Shown: positions 1 to 9,490 of the stretch, in pieces | Numbering within the stretch: the stretch's first letter is position 1 | How the letters are laid out: each line of letters opens with the position of its first letter | DNA from: a bacterium | GTDB taxonomy: Bacteria; UBA8248 | DNA: 64,000 nt | Assembly: GCA_965203325.1 (NCBI GenBank) | Contig: OZ241875.1 | Location: 1,600,001 to 1,664,000 of the forward strand | Direction: 5' to 3' | Notes under the pieces: model-generated | The model's input: the letters and a program-made list of their open reading frames with translations, nothing else | What the model was told of the DNA's origin: nothing | Database searches by the model: none | Made by a program: the position numbers and the translations under genes

Positions 1-68
1 GGGGCTCCGCCTTTACCCCCCTGTTAAGGGGGGTAGGGGGGCTTTTTCAACCACCCTTATGGCGGAGA

Positions 69-1208
69 CTAGGTGAAGACGATGGCTATCTCGTCATCGC
101 CCGCATCGCGCGCCAGGCGGAAGGGCGCATCGTAGGTCAACAGGCCGTCACGATCCGCGAAGCCCATATCCGCGTACTGGCATTTGGGCGCGGTGATGGT
201 GCAGATGTTCCCGGCCCTGTGGCCGACCTGCACTTTCAGGGGGAGCCTCGCGCCATCTTCCCAATCCTGGAACACGTCATCGGTGGCCTTGAGCACGGCC
301 TCGGGATCGAAAGAACCCGAGGGCGCCCGCCCCGTCACCATGGCGTTCACGTGTCCGCCCGATGCGTTGGCGCTTTGACGCAGGACCACCTCGTTGTTCA
401 TGGCGAAGCGGATGTTCGCCACGTCGAAATGGAAGCCTCCGAACGAAAAACCGCTCATGAGGACGGGTTCGGGCGTCTGCGCATCGTAGGACGCGCCCTC
501 AGGGAGGGCTGCGTCGCTCACCTCGAAATCGGCCGCCTCGAACTCCCAATCCACCGTGGGAACGCCGTCCAGGGGACAATTGATCGAAAAACTCCCCATG
601 CAGCCCAGATACATGACCCGCAAACCGTCGATGAACGCCGTCAGGCAGATTCTCGTATAGCCCGATTTATCGGATACGGGCGCATAGGCGACGGAAGCGT
701 CCTCGACAATGGTTTCCTTCATCGCGCAGGCCTTGAACAGCAATCCATAATCCGGCGCAACGCCCGCTGCGCCTGAGCCGCGCAACTCTGTGGTGAAGGA
801 GATCTGCGCGGAGCGTTTCCCGGGAATCGAGGGGAAGGGCGAGAGGCTCGCATCCTTCACCGCGCGCTCCAGCTGCTCCACGCTGACCTCGTGGGAGAAA
901 TTGCCCGCCCGGAACAGTTCCGAGGCCGCCGCCGGACGATCCAGCAGATAGGCCGTTCCTGCAGCGGGGGCGGCGTCCCAGTCGTCGTCCACCGTGAGCG
1001 CCTCCGAGGCCGCGTCGAAACCGCTCACCTTTCTCCTTTGGCCGACGCCCATTCCGCGAATCGTGCGCAGCACCGAGCCGTTCCAGAAATCATCATCCTC
1101 TGAGAGCGCGGCGTCCACCAAGGTGGAGGCGTTGGCGGAATCCGCCACCAGTTCCTTCTCTTCCGTCGCGCCGATTGTCTGCCGATCCATCAAAATCGTA
1201 TCGCCCAT
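69..1208 (-). CDS. Phage-like tail tube / major tail protein with an inserted extra domain
   Basis: 379 aa. Tube-like motifs (ISFTTELRGSGAAG..PDYGLLFKAC; G..AGNICTITAPKCQY; DRDGLLTYD). Last visible gene of the head-tail operon. Confidence 0.75.
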   Translation of the reverse strand: MGDTILMDRQTIGATEEKELVADSANASTLVDAALSEDDDFWNGSVLRTIRGMGVGQRRKVSGFDAASEALTVDDDWDAAPAAGTAYLLDRPAAASELFRAGNFSHEVSVEQLERAVKDASLSPFPSIPGKRSAQISFTTELRGSGAAGVAPDYGLLFKACAMKETIVEDASVAYAPVSDKSGYTRICLTAFIDGLRVMYLGCMGSFSINCPLDGVPTVDWEFEAADFEVSDAALPEGASYDAQTPEPVLMSGFSFGGFHFDVANIRFAMNNEVVLRQSANASGGHVNAMVTGRAPSGSFDPEAVLKATDDVFQDWEDGARLPLKVQVGHRAGNICTITAPKCQYADMGFADRDGLLTYDAPFRLARDAGDDEIAIVFT

Positions 1209-1281
1209 CCCCTGTTCTCCTCCGTCTGTTTTTAGGGGCGAAGGGGCATCCCTCGCCGGATATTGTTCCCTGATTCTCGAA

Positions 1282-1815
1282 TCAATCCCGCCGAATCCGC
1301 TCTATCGCCCGGAGCCTGATCTCGGCGTAATGGCAAAGCACGTTCCCGAATGTTCTCAGTTCAATGAGGTCCACCTGCGGAGGCTGAAGGCGCTCCAGGG
1401 AGCGGACGCGCGGGGCGCCTGATTCATCGAGGAGGCGGAGCGTCCCCTCGTCCCGGAAGCGGTCGCAAATCTCCTCGATCAGATCCTGAAAGGCCGCCTC
1501 GCTGCCCGCCGCGTCCTCGGCGCTCATGATGCCGAACAGCAAGAACGTGTGGGTTCGTCTGCTGAAGCCTGAGGGCGTGAAGCCGCCGGACGCATTCGAG
1601 CCGAGCGATGCGGCCTCCTCCCCTGCTCTCTCGCGCGTCAGCACCCAGCCCCTGATTTGGGCGAGGCCGCCGCCCGCCTCCCACCGGAACAAGTCCAGGT
1701 ATTTTCCCAGGTCGGCCGACCAGCGCTGATAGGCGTGCACCCGCCCCGCCTCCGGCAGGCTCGATATTTCCGCCAAAATGGCGTCGCCGATTTCCCTGTA
1801 TCGTGATTTAGCCAC
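1282..1815 (-). CDS. Putative tail terminator / tail completion protein
   Basis: GTG start at 1815 with GAGGAG RBS, overlapping the upstream stop. Sits between the gp10-like gene and the tube gene. Confidence 0.55.
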   Translation of the reverse strand: MAKSRYREIGDAILAEISSLPEAGRVHAYQRWSADLGKYLDLFRWEAGGGLAQIRGWVLTRERAGEEAASLGSNASGGFTPSGFSRRTHTFLLFGIMSAEDAAGSEAAFQDLIEEICDRFRDEGTLRLLDESGAPRVRSLERLQPPQVDLIELRTFGNVLCHYAEIRLRAIERIRRD

Positions 1816-2311
1816 CGACTCTCCTCGCAATCTCATCAAGCAGTTCACGAATGCGCTCATCGATTCGGCCCTGGTTATCCTCGAAGGCGCGCGCGAACAT
1901 GCGGCGCGCCGGTATCCCGTGCCGTGCGATTGATCTGGCAACGAGGAAGGACACCCTCTCGATAGACCCATCGGGCGGCCCCAGTTTGTAGGCAACCCAC
2001 CGGTACAGGGACGTACCCTCCCTCCAGGGCGGTATTCCGCCACCCGCCCGGCGTCCGAATTCCACGTACCCGGCGTAAGGGACGCGCGAGGCGACCACGC
2101 CGCGCAACACGCTTGGGTTCTCTCCCTTGATTTCGGTGAAAATGCTGCCCCTGAGGTTCCCGCTCGCGCCGACGGGCGTTCGCGCCATCACCTCGCGCCT
2201 GAGTATTCCGGTGATTTCGGCCACCGCCTCGTGCGCGAGGAGTAAAACCCCCTCCCAAGCGATCTGTGGCACCTCCGGCAAGGCATCAAGCGTTACACTT
2301 CGACGAAACAT
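1808..2311 (-). CDS. HK97 gp10-like neck / tail-completion protein
   Basis: Motifs RTPVGASGNLRGSI, PYAGYVEFG, IARHGIPARRMF. ATG at 2311 with an AGAGG RBS. Confidence 0.75.
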   Translation of the reverse strand: MFRRSVTLDALPEVPQIAWEGVLLLAHEAVAEITGILRREVMARTPVGASGNLRGSIFTEIKGENPSVLRGVVASRVPYAGYVEFGRRAGGGIPPWREGTSLYRWVAYKLGPPDGSIERVSFLVARSIARHGIPARRMFARAFEDNQGRIDERIRELLDEIARRVGG

Positions 2312-2328
2312 TCGCCTCTCCTCTTTGC

Positions 2329-3039
2329 CTAGCGGTCCTTGGATGTGCCGTGCGTGAAGTACTCGCCGCGCGCCAGGGAGAGGAGCGCGTCCCAATCGAG
2401 AGACGCGCCCGCCGGACCCGCCACTTCGCCTTCCTTGCGGCCGAGATGGTTCTGGTATTTGCGCTCGAGTTCCCGGCCCAGGCGCGTGTACTCTCCAGAC
2501 TTGCTCTGGTAGTCCACCGAATCCGCCGCGAGGGTCGGGTTCGAGGACTGGGCGAAGCGGCGGGCCAGAAGGTGACAGCCCTCCGCGGCGGCCAGCCAGG
2601 CCACGGCGGTCAGATCGTTTTCGGGAACGCTCGTGCGCGCATCATCGGCCGTGTGCTTGATCGTGTAGAACAGGCGTAGCGTGTGGCCCATTTGAGGGAC
2701 GAAGTACATGAGCCTGAACCTCGCCGCCGGGGTTCCTTTCGCATAGATGATCCAGGCGCTCCTCCGCAGGTAGGAGGGCTTTCTCTCCCCCTGGGGATAT
2801 TCCACCTCCCGGATGAAGGAGAGGGAATCGTCCCAGTCCTCGGGCAGGGGGAAATCGAACGTCTCGCTATCGCCCGCATAATCGGCGAACGAGACGAGCG
2901 GCCTGTCCTTGCTGTAGCGCGTGAGGGCCGCGTTCACCAGATCGGCGTAGTCCGCCTCCTCGACCCCGAACTCACGGGGCAGCCCGCCCGCCTTCAACAG
3001 CACCTTCACCTCCTTGATGATCGTCTGCCTGCCGGCCAT
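2329..3039 (-). CDS. Putative phage head-tail adaptor/connector
   Basis: 236 aa, GGAGA RBS, downstream of the capsid gene. Assignment rests mainly on synteny. Confidence 0.55.
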   Translation of the reverse strand: MAGRQTIIKEVKVLLKAGGLPREFGVEEADYADLVNAALTRYSKDRPLVSFADYAGDSETFDFPLPEDWDDSLSFIREVEYPQGERKPSYLRRSAWIIYAKGTPAARFRLMYFVPQMGHTLRLFYTIKHTADDARTSVPENDLTAVAWLAAAEGCHLLARRFAQSSNPTLAADSVDYQSKSGEYTRLGRELERKYQNHLGRKEGEVAGPAGASLDWDALLSLARGEYFTHGTSKDR

Positions 3040-3082
3040 TTCTCCATTTCTCCTTTGCCTCGCTCACCCGATGCGGGTGGTC

Positions 3083-3424
3083 TCAAGTCTTGAGCGTGAG
3101 CTTGGCCTCGAACGTGAACGAAGCCCCCTCCCCGCCGACGGACCATGCGAGCCTCAGCCAAGGGCCGATGTTCGCGAGCTTGACGAGGGTTTTTCCAACC
3201 GAGGTGATTTCCGCGGATTCGGTATGGACGAAAGCCGCTTCATCGCCCGCCGGACCGGTCTGCACTTCGAAATCAAGCACCGGCGCGACGCCCGATACCG
3301 ACGTCACGTCGATGAACAAGAGCGCCTCGGTGAAGCGGCTCACCTCGAACGCCGTACTGCCTCCCGCGGCGACGCGGGCCGCGGGAGGAGCGAGAACGAT
3401 GGTGTGGGTTCGCCTGTCGGACAT
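3083..3424 (-). CDS. Small beta-rich virion protein (possible capsid decoration/cement)
   Basis: ATG at 3424 with AGGAG RBS, immediately downstream of the capsid gene. Confidence 0.45.
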   Translation of the reverse strand: MSDRRTHTIVLAPPAARVAAGGSTAFEVSRFTEALLFIDVTSVSGVAPVLDFEVQTGPAGDEAAFVHTESAEITSVGKTLVKLANIGPWLRLAWSVGGEGASFTFEAKLTLKT

Positions 3425-3456
3425 GGCTTCTCCTCTGAAGGGCAAACGCCGCGCGA

Positions 3457-5535
3457 CTACTCGGGCGCGCCGCGATAGAAGCCGCGGAAGTCCAACACGG
3501 CGCCGCCGTAGACGTGTCTGATCTTGTAGCGAATCTTGTCCGCGCTGAACCCGCTGCCGGCGGCGGGGTTGTCCTCGATGAACAGCTCGGGCTCGCGCAT
3601 GTCGTCCATGAAGCCGATCTCGATGGTGTCCATGAGGCCGGGGTCGGCGACCATGTACCAGTCGTTCGCGTCGGCGAGTTCGGGCACCCACAAGGGCTCC
3701 ACGCCCAGGCGGTTAATGACGCTCGGCTGCGTGGAATTTCCGCCCTCGACGACCTTGACGGGCGACTGGGTGACCTCGAACGCCTCTTCGAGCAACGCCG
3801 TGGGGTGGGCGAGGTATTTGGGCCGCGCCTGCGCCGCCACCTCGACGCCCTCTTCCCCGTAAAACGTCTGCTCGCCCATCGCCTTGATGGCGGCGACGGC
3901 GTTCTCGTACGTGAGCGCGTTCGTGGAGGTGTTCTTGTGGTTCGCGTGGAACAGCCCCTCCCCGTCGTAGATGTCCGCGTTGGACGCCAGGAAATCGAAC
4001 ACGAAGCCGTTCAGGGTGCGCTGGGCCGCGCGGGCGAGGCGCTGGGGGATCATGCGGATCGCGCCCATGTCGTCGTTCTGGATCATCTCCCAGGTGAGGT
4101 CTTCCACGCCGCCGCGCTTGGCAACGGCGTACGTCACCTCCTCATCCGTCGGGGAGGTAAGCGCCGGATAGGCGGCCTGCTCGGCGACCGTCTGCAGATC
4201 GCCGTAACCGCCGACGCGCACCCGGCGGTTCGTGCGGAAATCCTTGACGGGCGCTATGGAGGAGACGATCTTCTTCCACTGGTGGAACCGCTCGTCCCTG
4301 AAATCGCGCAGCATGGCGCGGCGGATCGAATCCCCGAACGCCTCGCCCCACGTGCTCGTCTGCAAGGAGGCGGAGAGGCGGCGCACGCCGTTCCAGTCCT
4401 CGGCGGCGCGGTGGTAGTGGAACGTCTCGGCGAAGAACTGGCGCGGGGTGAGGCGATGACCCGTGAAATCCTGAAACGCCTCGCTCATGAAGCGGTAGGG
4501 CCGCTCGCCGTCGAGGGCCTCCTCGCGCGAACTCCAAAGCCCGTCGAGAGCCGCCCGCTTGCGGTCCGCCTCGTCGCGCATCACCTCGGCACTCGCGCCG
4601 AAACCACGAAGCGCGCCGCTCGCCGTGAGTTTTTCCAGCGTGGCCGCCTCGACCCGGATCGCCTCTTCGATTTCCTCTTCCGTAAAGCTTCCCTCGGCGA
4701 ACCGGTCGCGCATCTTCTCCTGAACGGCTTCGGGAAGTGCCGAGGCCGTGAGTTTCCGGGCGAGCATTCCGTGGGCAGCAGCCCCGGCTTCGGTTCCATC
4801 TTCCATGGCCTTTTCTCCTTTCTTCCTCAGGTCCAGTTCGAGGCCCGCGTCTTCACAGGCCGCGAAGAACTCTTGCGGCGTCCAGGCATCGCCGAGCTTC
4901 TTGCCCGATTCGGGCGCCACGCTTTTGAGTTTCTTTCCGAGTTTCTCGAACATCTTCACCTCCGATTGAGTGGAATGATTGGCGGCGAGACCCAGAATCC
5001 CGCCCCCGAGCTTGCCTTTGTGAACGACATCGACGGAGTGGACCGCCAGAATCTTTTCGAAATGCAAAACGAACGCGTCAGCTTCCTCGCGGAACTCCGC
5101 CTGCGCGAGCACGTCGAAGGAAAAGCCAAAAGGCTCCTCGAGGCCCCGGGCCAGCGCATCGTGCGCCAGCGCCTGGAACCAGGCCGCGGAGCGCGATACC
5201 GCAAACGTGCTCAAAAGCCCCTCCTCGCCCATGCGGACTTCGCGGTGCCAGCCGACCAGGTTCTTGATGTCGGGGCCGCTCGACCCGGTATGGTTCGCAA
5301 AGGCCTGCGCGCCCTCGAACAGGGGAGCGGCCTCGCGCAGAACGTCGCGGGGCAGGAACCACTCCCCGTCCCTCGAGTAGCCGGCCCGCGCGATCAGAAC
5401 GTCGAAATCCCAGGCTTCGCCCGGCGGCTGCGCTTCTTTCGCAGCCGCGCGAATGAGGTGGCCATGCAGCCTTAAAGTATGAGAATCCTTCTGCGCCTCC
5501 GCGCGCGCCCAAATGCGGTTCATCCATTTTTTCAA
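3457..5535 (-). CDS. Fused prohead protease/scaffold-major capsid protein (Mu gpT-like C-terminal part)
   Basis: 692 aa, TTG start with AAAGGAG RBS. N-terminal protease-like region (ANH..., VHSVDVV). C-terminal capsid motifs (EMIQNDDMGAI, WYMVAD, IRYKIRHVYGGAVLDFRGFYR). Confidence 0.85.
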   Translation of the reverse strand: MKKWMNRIWARAEAQKDSHTLRLHGHLIRAAAKEAQPPGEAWDFDVLIARAGYSRDGEWFLPRDVLREAAPLFEGAQAFANHTGSSGPDIKNLVGWHREVRMGEEGLLSTFAVSRSAAWFQALAHDALARGLEEPFGFSFDVLAQAEFREEADAFVLHFEKILAVHSVDVVHKGKLGGGILGLAANHSTQSEVKMFEKLGKKLKSVAPESGKKLGDAWTPQEFFAACEDAGLELDLRKKGEKAMEDGTEAGAAAHGMLARKLTASALPEAVQEKMRDRFAEGSFTEEEIEEAIRVEAATLEKLTASGALRGFGASAEVMRDEADRKRAALDGLWSSREEALDGERPYRFMSEAFQDFTGHRLTPRQFFAETFHYHRAAEDWNGVRRLSASLQTSTWGEAFGDSIRRAMLRDFRDERFHQWKKIVSSIAPVKDFRTNRRVRVGGYGDLQTVAEQAAYPALTSPTDEEVTYAVAKRGGVEDLTWEMIQNDDMGAIRMIPQRLARAAQRTLNGFVFDFLASNADIYDGEGLFHANHKNTSTNALTYENAVAAIKAMGEQTFYGEEGVEVAAQARPKYLAHPTALLEEAFEVTQSPVKVVEGGNSTQPSVINRLGVEPLWVPELADANDWYMVADPGLMDTIEIGFMDDMREPELFIEDNPAAGSGFSADKIRYKIRHVYGGAVLDFRGFYRGAPE

Positions 5536-5631
5536 GAGAAACTCCTTTCTCGCTGTTCTTCCAGAAATTCGATTTCCGGCGAGGGGCCGGAGACCGCCGC
5601 CCGGTGAAACAGGGGCGGGCGCAACGGCGAC

Positions 5632-5684
5632 AATCTAGGACAAGGAGTCTCGAAGGCGGGCCGCGCAAATGCGGGGAAATGCGC
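5632..5684 (-). promoter_or_regulatory. Activator-dependent 'late' promoter 1 (capsid/tail operon)
   Basis: 19-bp core at 5665-5683. -10 TAGATT at 5637-5632, 27-nt gap. Confidence 0.8.
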
Positions 5685-5893
5685 ATTTGGCGTCTTTTTA
5701 TGCGGAATTTTGAATTTGCTAATTGAAAAATTTAAGAAAATGCGGTAAATTACGGAAAATTCTGGAGTTGCGGACGATGCGGGTGGTCCCGGCGTCTAAA
5801 AATTCTGGATACTTCGCCCGCCACCCAGTAAATGCCTGAATTCGCCGCGCCAAAAAGACCGCCCCTTGCACAACACGGACGAGGTTTGATCTC

Positions 5894-7189
5894 ATGTGGG
5901 GCGTTGCTCAACCGGCCTTGAATTTCATCCAGAACCTCTCCTGGAACCATATGCTCGACATCGGGATCATGTGGTTCCTCCTCTACCAGGTCTACATTCG
6001 CTTCAAGGGCACCCAGGCGATGCGCCTTCTCGTGCGCGTGTTCGCGGTGTGGCTCATCTATCTCGCCTCCCAGGCGGCGGGTCTGCACCTGACCTCGTTC
6101 CTGCTCTGGGCCATCTGGATCGCCGTGCTCATCCTGTTTCTCATCAATTTCCACGGAGAGATCCAGAAGATATTCTTTCAACTCAACCCGGTGCGCAGAA
6201 TCTCCATCCTGCTGCGCCGAGCGATGCGCATCCGCCTGCCGGACGAGAGCGTCGCCACCATCGCCGAATCCGCTTTTTCGCTCGCGGCCAAGCACATGGG
6301 CGCCATCATCGTCATGGAGCACCGGGATTTGACCGACTCCCTGCTGAGGAGCCCGGGCGAGGAGATCGAGGCGGACATCCAGCCGGCGCTTCTCGATTCC
6401 ATCTTCTTCAAGGGAGCGCCCTACCACGACGGCGCCGCCGTCGTTCGCGAGAACAAGGTCTCGCGCGTGGGATGCGTTTTGCCCCTTTCGGAGAACCGCG
6501 CCCTGCCGCCCGAGTTCGGAACGCGCCACAGGGCGGCGGTCGGCATCACGGAGCGATGCGACGCCCTGGCGATCGTCATCTCGGAAGAACGCGGAGAGGT
6601 CACCTGCGTGGAAGGCGGCAACGCAAAGGCGGTCCAAGACGAAGATGAACTCGCCTCGTGGCTCACTACGCGGCTGCGCGCGGCCCGCGAGGCGGGGCAG
6701 ACGAAAGGGCGCATCTCGTTCCGCCACGTTTTCGTGAACTGGCGGCCCAAGCTCGCCGCGCTGGCCGCCGTGATATTCCTCTGGTCGCTCGGGGGACAGG
6801 AGAACCAGAATCCGCAGAATTTCTTCCCGCAGCTCGAAAGCAAGGTGGAGGAGGAATTCCGGGTCCCGGTCCATTACTACAACGTTCCGAGCGGCGTCAC
6901 CCTTCCCGAAAATGCGGCGAAAGAAGTCAAAATCCGTATCAGGGGCAGGCGCGATCTCCTGAATTTCATCGACGCCACCCGTCTGCGCGTGAACGTGAAC
7001 CTCGCCAAAATGACGCCCGGCGCGCATTCGCGCACGCTGTCGGGCCGCGACATCGACCTGCCGAACGGCCTTGAGTTCCTGAGCGCGGAGCCCAAGGTCC
7101 TGGATTTGAATCTCGCCAAGGCGCCGTCGCCGGAGAAAATGACGAAATCGAGCGCCTCCACCGAAACGCCGGGGTCCTCGAACTTTTAA
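5894..7189 (+). CDS. Membrane diadenylate cyclase (CdaA/DisA_N) fused to a YbbR/CdaR-like domain
   Basis: Three N-terminal TM segments, HDGA and GTRHRAA DAC motifs, ISEERG, then a TM segment and a YbbR-like C-terminus. Confidence 0.85.
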   Translation: MWGVAQPALNFIQNLSWNHMLDIGIMWFLLYQVYIRFKGTQAMRLLVRVFAVWLIYLASQAAGLHLTSFLLWAIWIAVLILFLINFHGEIQKIFFQLNPVRRISILLRRAMRIRLPDESVATIAESAFSLAAKHMGAIIVMEHRDLTDSLLRSPGEEIEADIQPALLDSIFFKGAPYHDGAAVVRENKVSRVGCVLPLSENRALPPEFGTRHRAAVGITERCDALAIVISEERGEVTCVEGGNAKAVQDEDELASWLTTRLRAAREAGQTKGRISFRHVFVNWRPKLAALAAVIFLWSLGGQENQNPQNFFPQLESKVEEEFRVPVHYYNVPSGVTLPENAAKEVKIRIRGRRDLLNFIDATRLRVNVNLAKMTPGAHSRTLSGRDIDLPNGLEFLSAEPKVLDLNLAKAPSPEKMTKSSASTETPGSSNF

Positions 7190-7592
7190 GGCCTCTCTTT
7201 TCAGTTGCTTGCGTTTTCGGCCACGCGAAAATTTGCTTTTTCAGAACAAAATACCGATATTGAAGGAACTGGACTATCACCGCCGAGTCGTCCCAGGCGC
7301 CTTGACGATCGATGCGGACGAGCCATCTCAGGTGGTCCTCGGCGTCAGCCGAGTGAGGCGGTGAGGAGCCGACACAGGAAGCGGCTCCGGTCCGGTTTGC
7401 GGAGACCCTTCAACAGAAGGAGGATGCGATGATATCCACGATAAATCGCTTCAGCCGTGCGGAAACGCCATCCTCCCCGGCCCCATCGCATCAGCCGGGC
7501 GGGGAGGAAGACAAAGGCTGATGCGCTAATAAAGGCGTCACAACGCCTTTGCAGGGTGAGACGAGTTCTCACCCGAGAAAAAGCAACAAAAG

Positions 7593-7625
7593 AGAGCGGG
7601 ATGCAACGTCCCGCTCTTCTTTTTT
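7593..7625. terminator. Intrinsic, probably bidirectional terminator
   Basis: AGAGCGGGA..TCCCGCTCT stem with an A-run before and a T-run after. Confidence 0.7.
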
Positions 7626-7628
7626 GGG

Positions 7629-7823
7629 TTAGTCCCTAGCCTCTAGTTTACGCATCTCGATTTCGAGTTGCTGGAGCCTGTTCTTGATCATGTTGAAGTC
7701 GTACTCGAATCCCTCGGCGAGCAGCGTGAGTCCCTGGTAGAGCTGGTGCTTTTCCGGTTCTTCTTCCGCGTTCACCGAATCGAGCATCTCGGCGAAAACC
7801 TCTCTGGCATGATGAAAGCTCAA
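7629..7823 (-). CDS. Small hypothetical protein with coiled-coil C-terminus
   Basis: TTG at 7823 preceded by GGGAGGG; about 64 aa. Confidence 0.5.
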   Translation of the reverse strand: MSFHHAREVFAEMLDSVNAEEEPEKHQLYQGLTLLAEGFEYDFNMIKNRLQQLEIEMRKLEARD

Positions 7824-7957
7824 AACCCTCCCCCCTTTTGGATGAGACCGCACAACAAGAATCAAGGAATCTTTTTGCGGGAAGAATCCCGCCCGCATCT
7901 TTGCTAGAATCCACCGCACCGACAAATAAACCACAACGTAATCGAGGAGTCATCTTC

Positions 7958-8455
7958 ATGCCGGAAAGACCGAACACGCCGCAAGTCATCCTCCGCCACA
8001 TCCAGGGCACGCAGCTTCAGATGTTCACCACAACGGGCAAGCACTCCTACGTGCTCGACGAGCCCGAAACCCGGGGCGGCACGGACCTCGCCGCCACGCC
8101 GTTCGAGTTCTTCATCGCAGGGCATGCGGGCTGAGGGCTCTACACGCTGCTGGGAGCAGCGAAGGCCAAGGGCATCCAGATCGACGACGTGGAAGTCCAT
8201 GCGGAGTTCAAGCGGAACATATCGCCAAAGTTTCACGCGGATTACCACGCGGACCCCGAGCGGAGAAAACTCTCCATCGGCGTCATCCGCACGAGCTATT
8301 ACATCCACGGCGACGTAACGGAAGAACAAAAGGCGGCGCTTCTGGATGAACTCGAAAACTGCCCCATCCACAACACGCTGATGACACCGCCCAAGCTCGA
8401 GGAGCGAATCGTCGTTCTGGAGAAGGACGAAACCGCGCCCAAAGAGATTTCATAA
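7958..8455 (+). CDS. OsmC/Ohr-like protein, probable selenoprotein (UGA 8132-8134)
   Basis: DEP..GG.D...TPFE..AGHAG-U and a later CPIHNTL. The two ORF halves are in frame. Hairpin at 8145-8161. Confidence 0.8.
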
Positions 8456-8607
8456 CGACGGAGATATAGCCGCTTGCTAAGTAAGAGGTTGTTGAAAAAG
8501 TTCTCATCAGTCGGAATGACGGCGGGTGCAAACCCCTCGCATCGAACGCGCCGACAAGGACGGATCTGCGTTTCCGCCCCTATGGCCCGAAAGAACGAGG
8601 GCGGATT

Positions 8608-8678
8608 GTAGGGGCCGCATATATGCGGCCCATGACGGACGGCGAAAAAAGGCCGGGTCGCATGTATGCGACCCCTAC
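8608..8678. repeat. GTAG-type REP doublet
   Basis: GTAGGGGCCGCATATATGCGGCCC ... GGGTCGCATGTATGCGACCCCTAC in inverted arrangement. Confidence 0.7.
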
Positions 8679-8810
8679 ATTCCCCTCCAATTCCCCTTTT
8701 CAGGGGGACTTTTTAAAAACCCCAACAATGCGAGCCTTGAACAAGGGAGAAGCTATTTTCGAATACGCCTGGACTTCGGCAGGAAAGGCAGACACCCCTC
8801 AAAATGGGTC

Positions 8811-9317
8811 CTAGTAGGAAATCTTGTCGTCCATCTGCGCCCACAGATTGAAGGATTCGAGCGCTTCATCTTTCAGGAGCCGCGTTGCTTCGAGTTTTCT
8901 TTCACTGGCAGGCAAGGCGATTTCCTTGTAGAGAAATTCATCGGAAAACCCGATCGCATCGGCCTCGACGATGGTGTTCCCGTAATACATGCGATCGATT
9001 CTCGCCCAGTAAATCGCGCTCAGGCACATGGGGCAAGGCTCGCAGCTCGTGTATATCTCACAGCCCGAAAGATCGAAATTTTTCAGTTTCGCGCTGGCCG
9101 CCCGTATGGCGAGCATCTCGGCGTGCGCGGTGGGGTCGCAAGAAGACGTCACCCGGTTCACGCCCTCGCCGATGATCTCGCCGTCCTTGACGACGACCGA
9201 CCCGAAAGGCCCGCCGAGTCCCTCCCGCACGTTTTGAGAAGCGAGCGATATCGCCCTTCTCATAAAAAATCCCCGAGTCGTCATTTTCCCGTCTCCAGGT
9301 TGGTTCCACCTTTTCAC
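8811..9317 (-). CDS. Nucleoside/guanine deaminase (CDA superfamily)
   Basis: GGPFG, HAE and PCPMC zinc motifs. Exact start uncertain. Confidence 0.88.
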   Translation of the reverse strand: MKRWNQPGDGKMTTRGFFMRRAISLASQNVREGLGGPFGSVVVKDGEIIGEGVNRVTSSCDPTAHAEMLAIRAASAKLKNFDLSGCEIYTSCEPCPMCLSAIYWARIDRMYYGNTIVEADAIGFSDEFLYKEIALPASERKLEATRLLKDEALESFNLWAQMDDKISY

Positions 9318-9490
9318 CGCCGTTTCGTTCCGGTCGCGTAATCAGTGATTGGCGGCGTTCGCTTCATCATAGCTTGTTTTTGGAATGGATTGCATTTATT
9401 TTACAGGTTCTCCACTCATAGTCTCAAAAGTGCGGAGCCTGAAACGACCGAGATGCGATTCCGCGAAATTCGCAATCCAAAAAGGGACAG

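Noticed and set aside
3514..5475. 653-aa + strand ORF
   Set aside because: Antisense shadow of the capsid gene.
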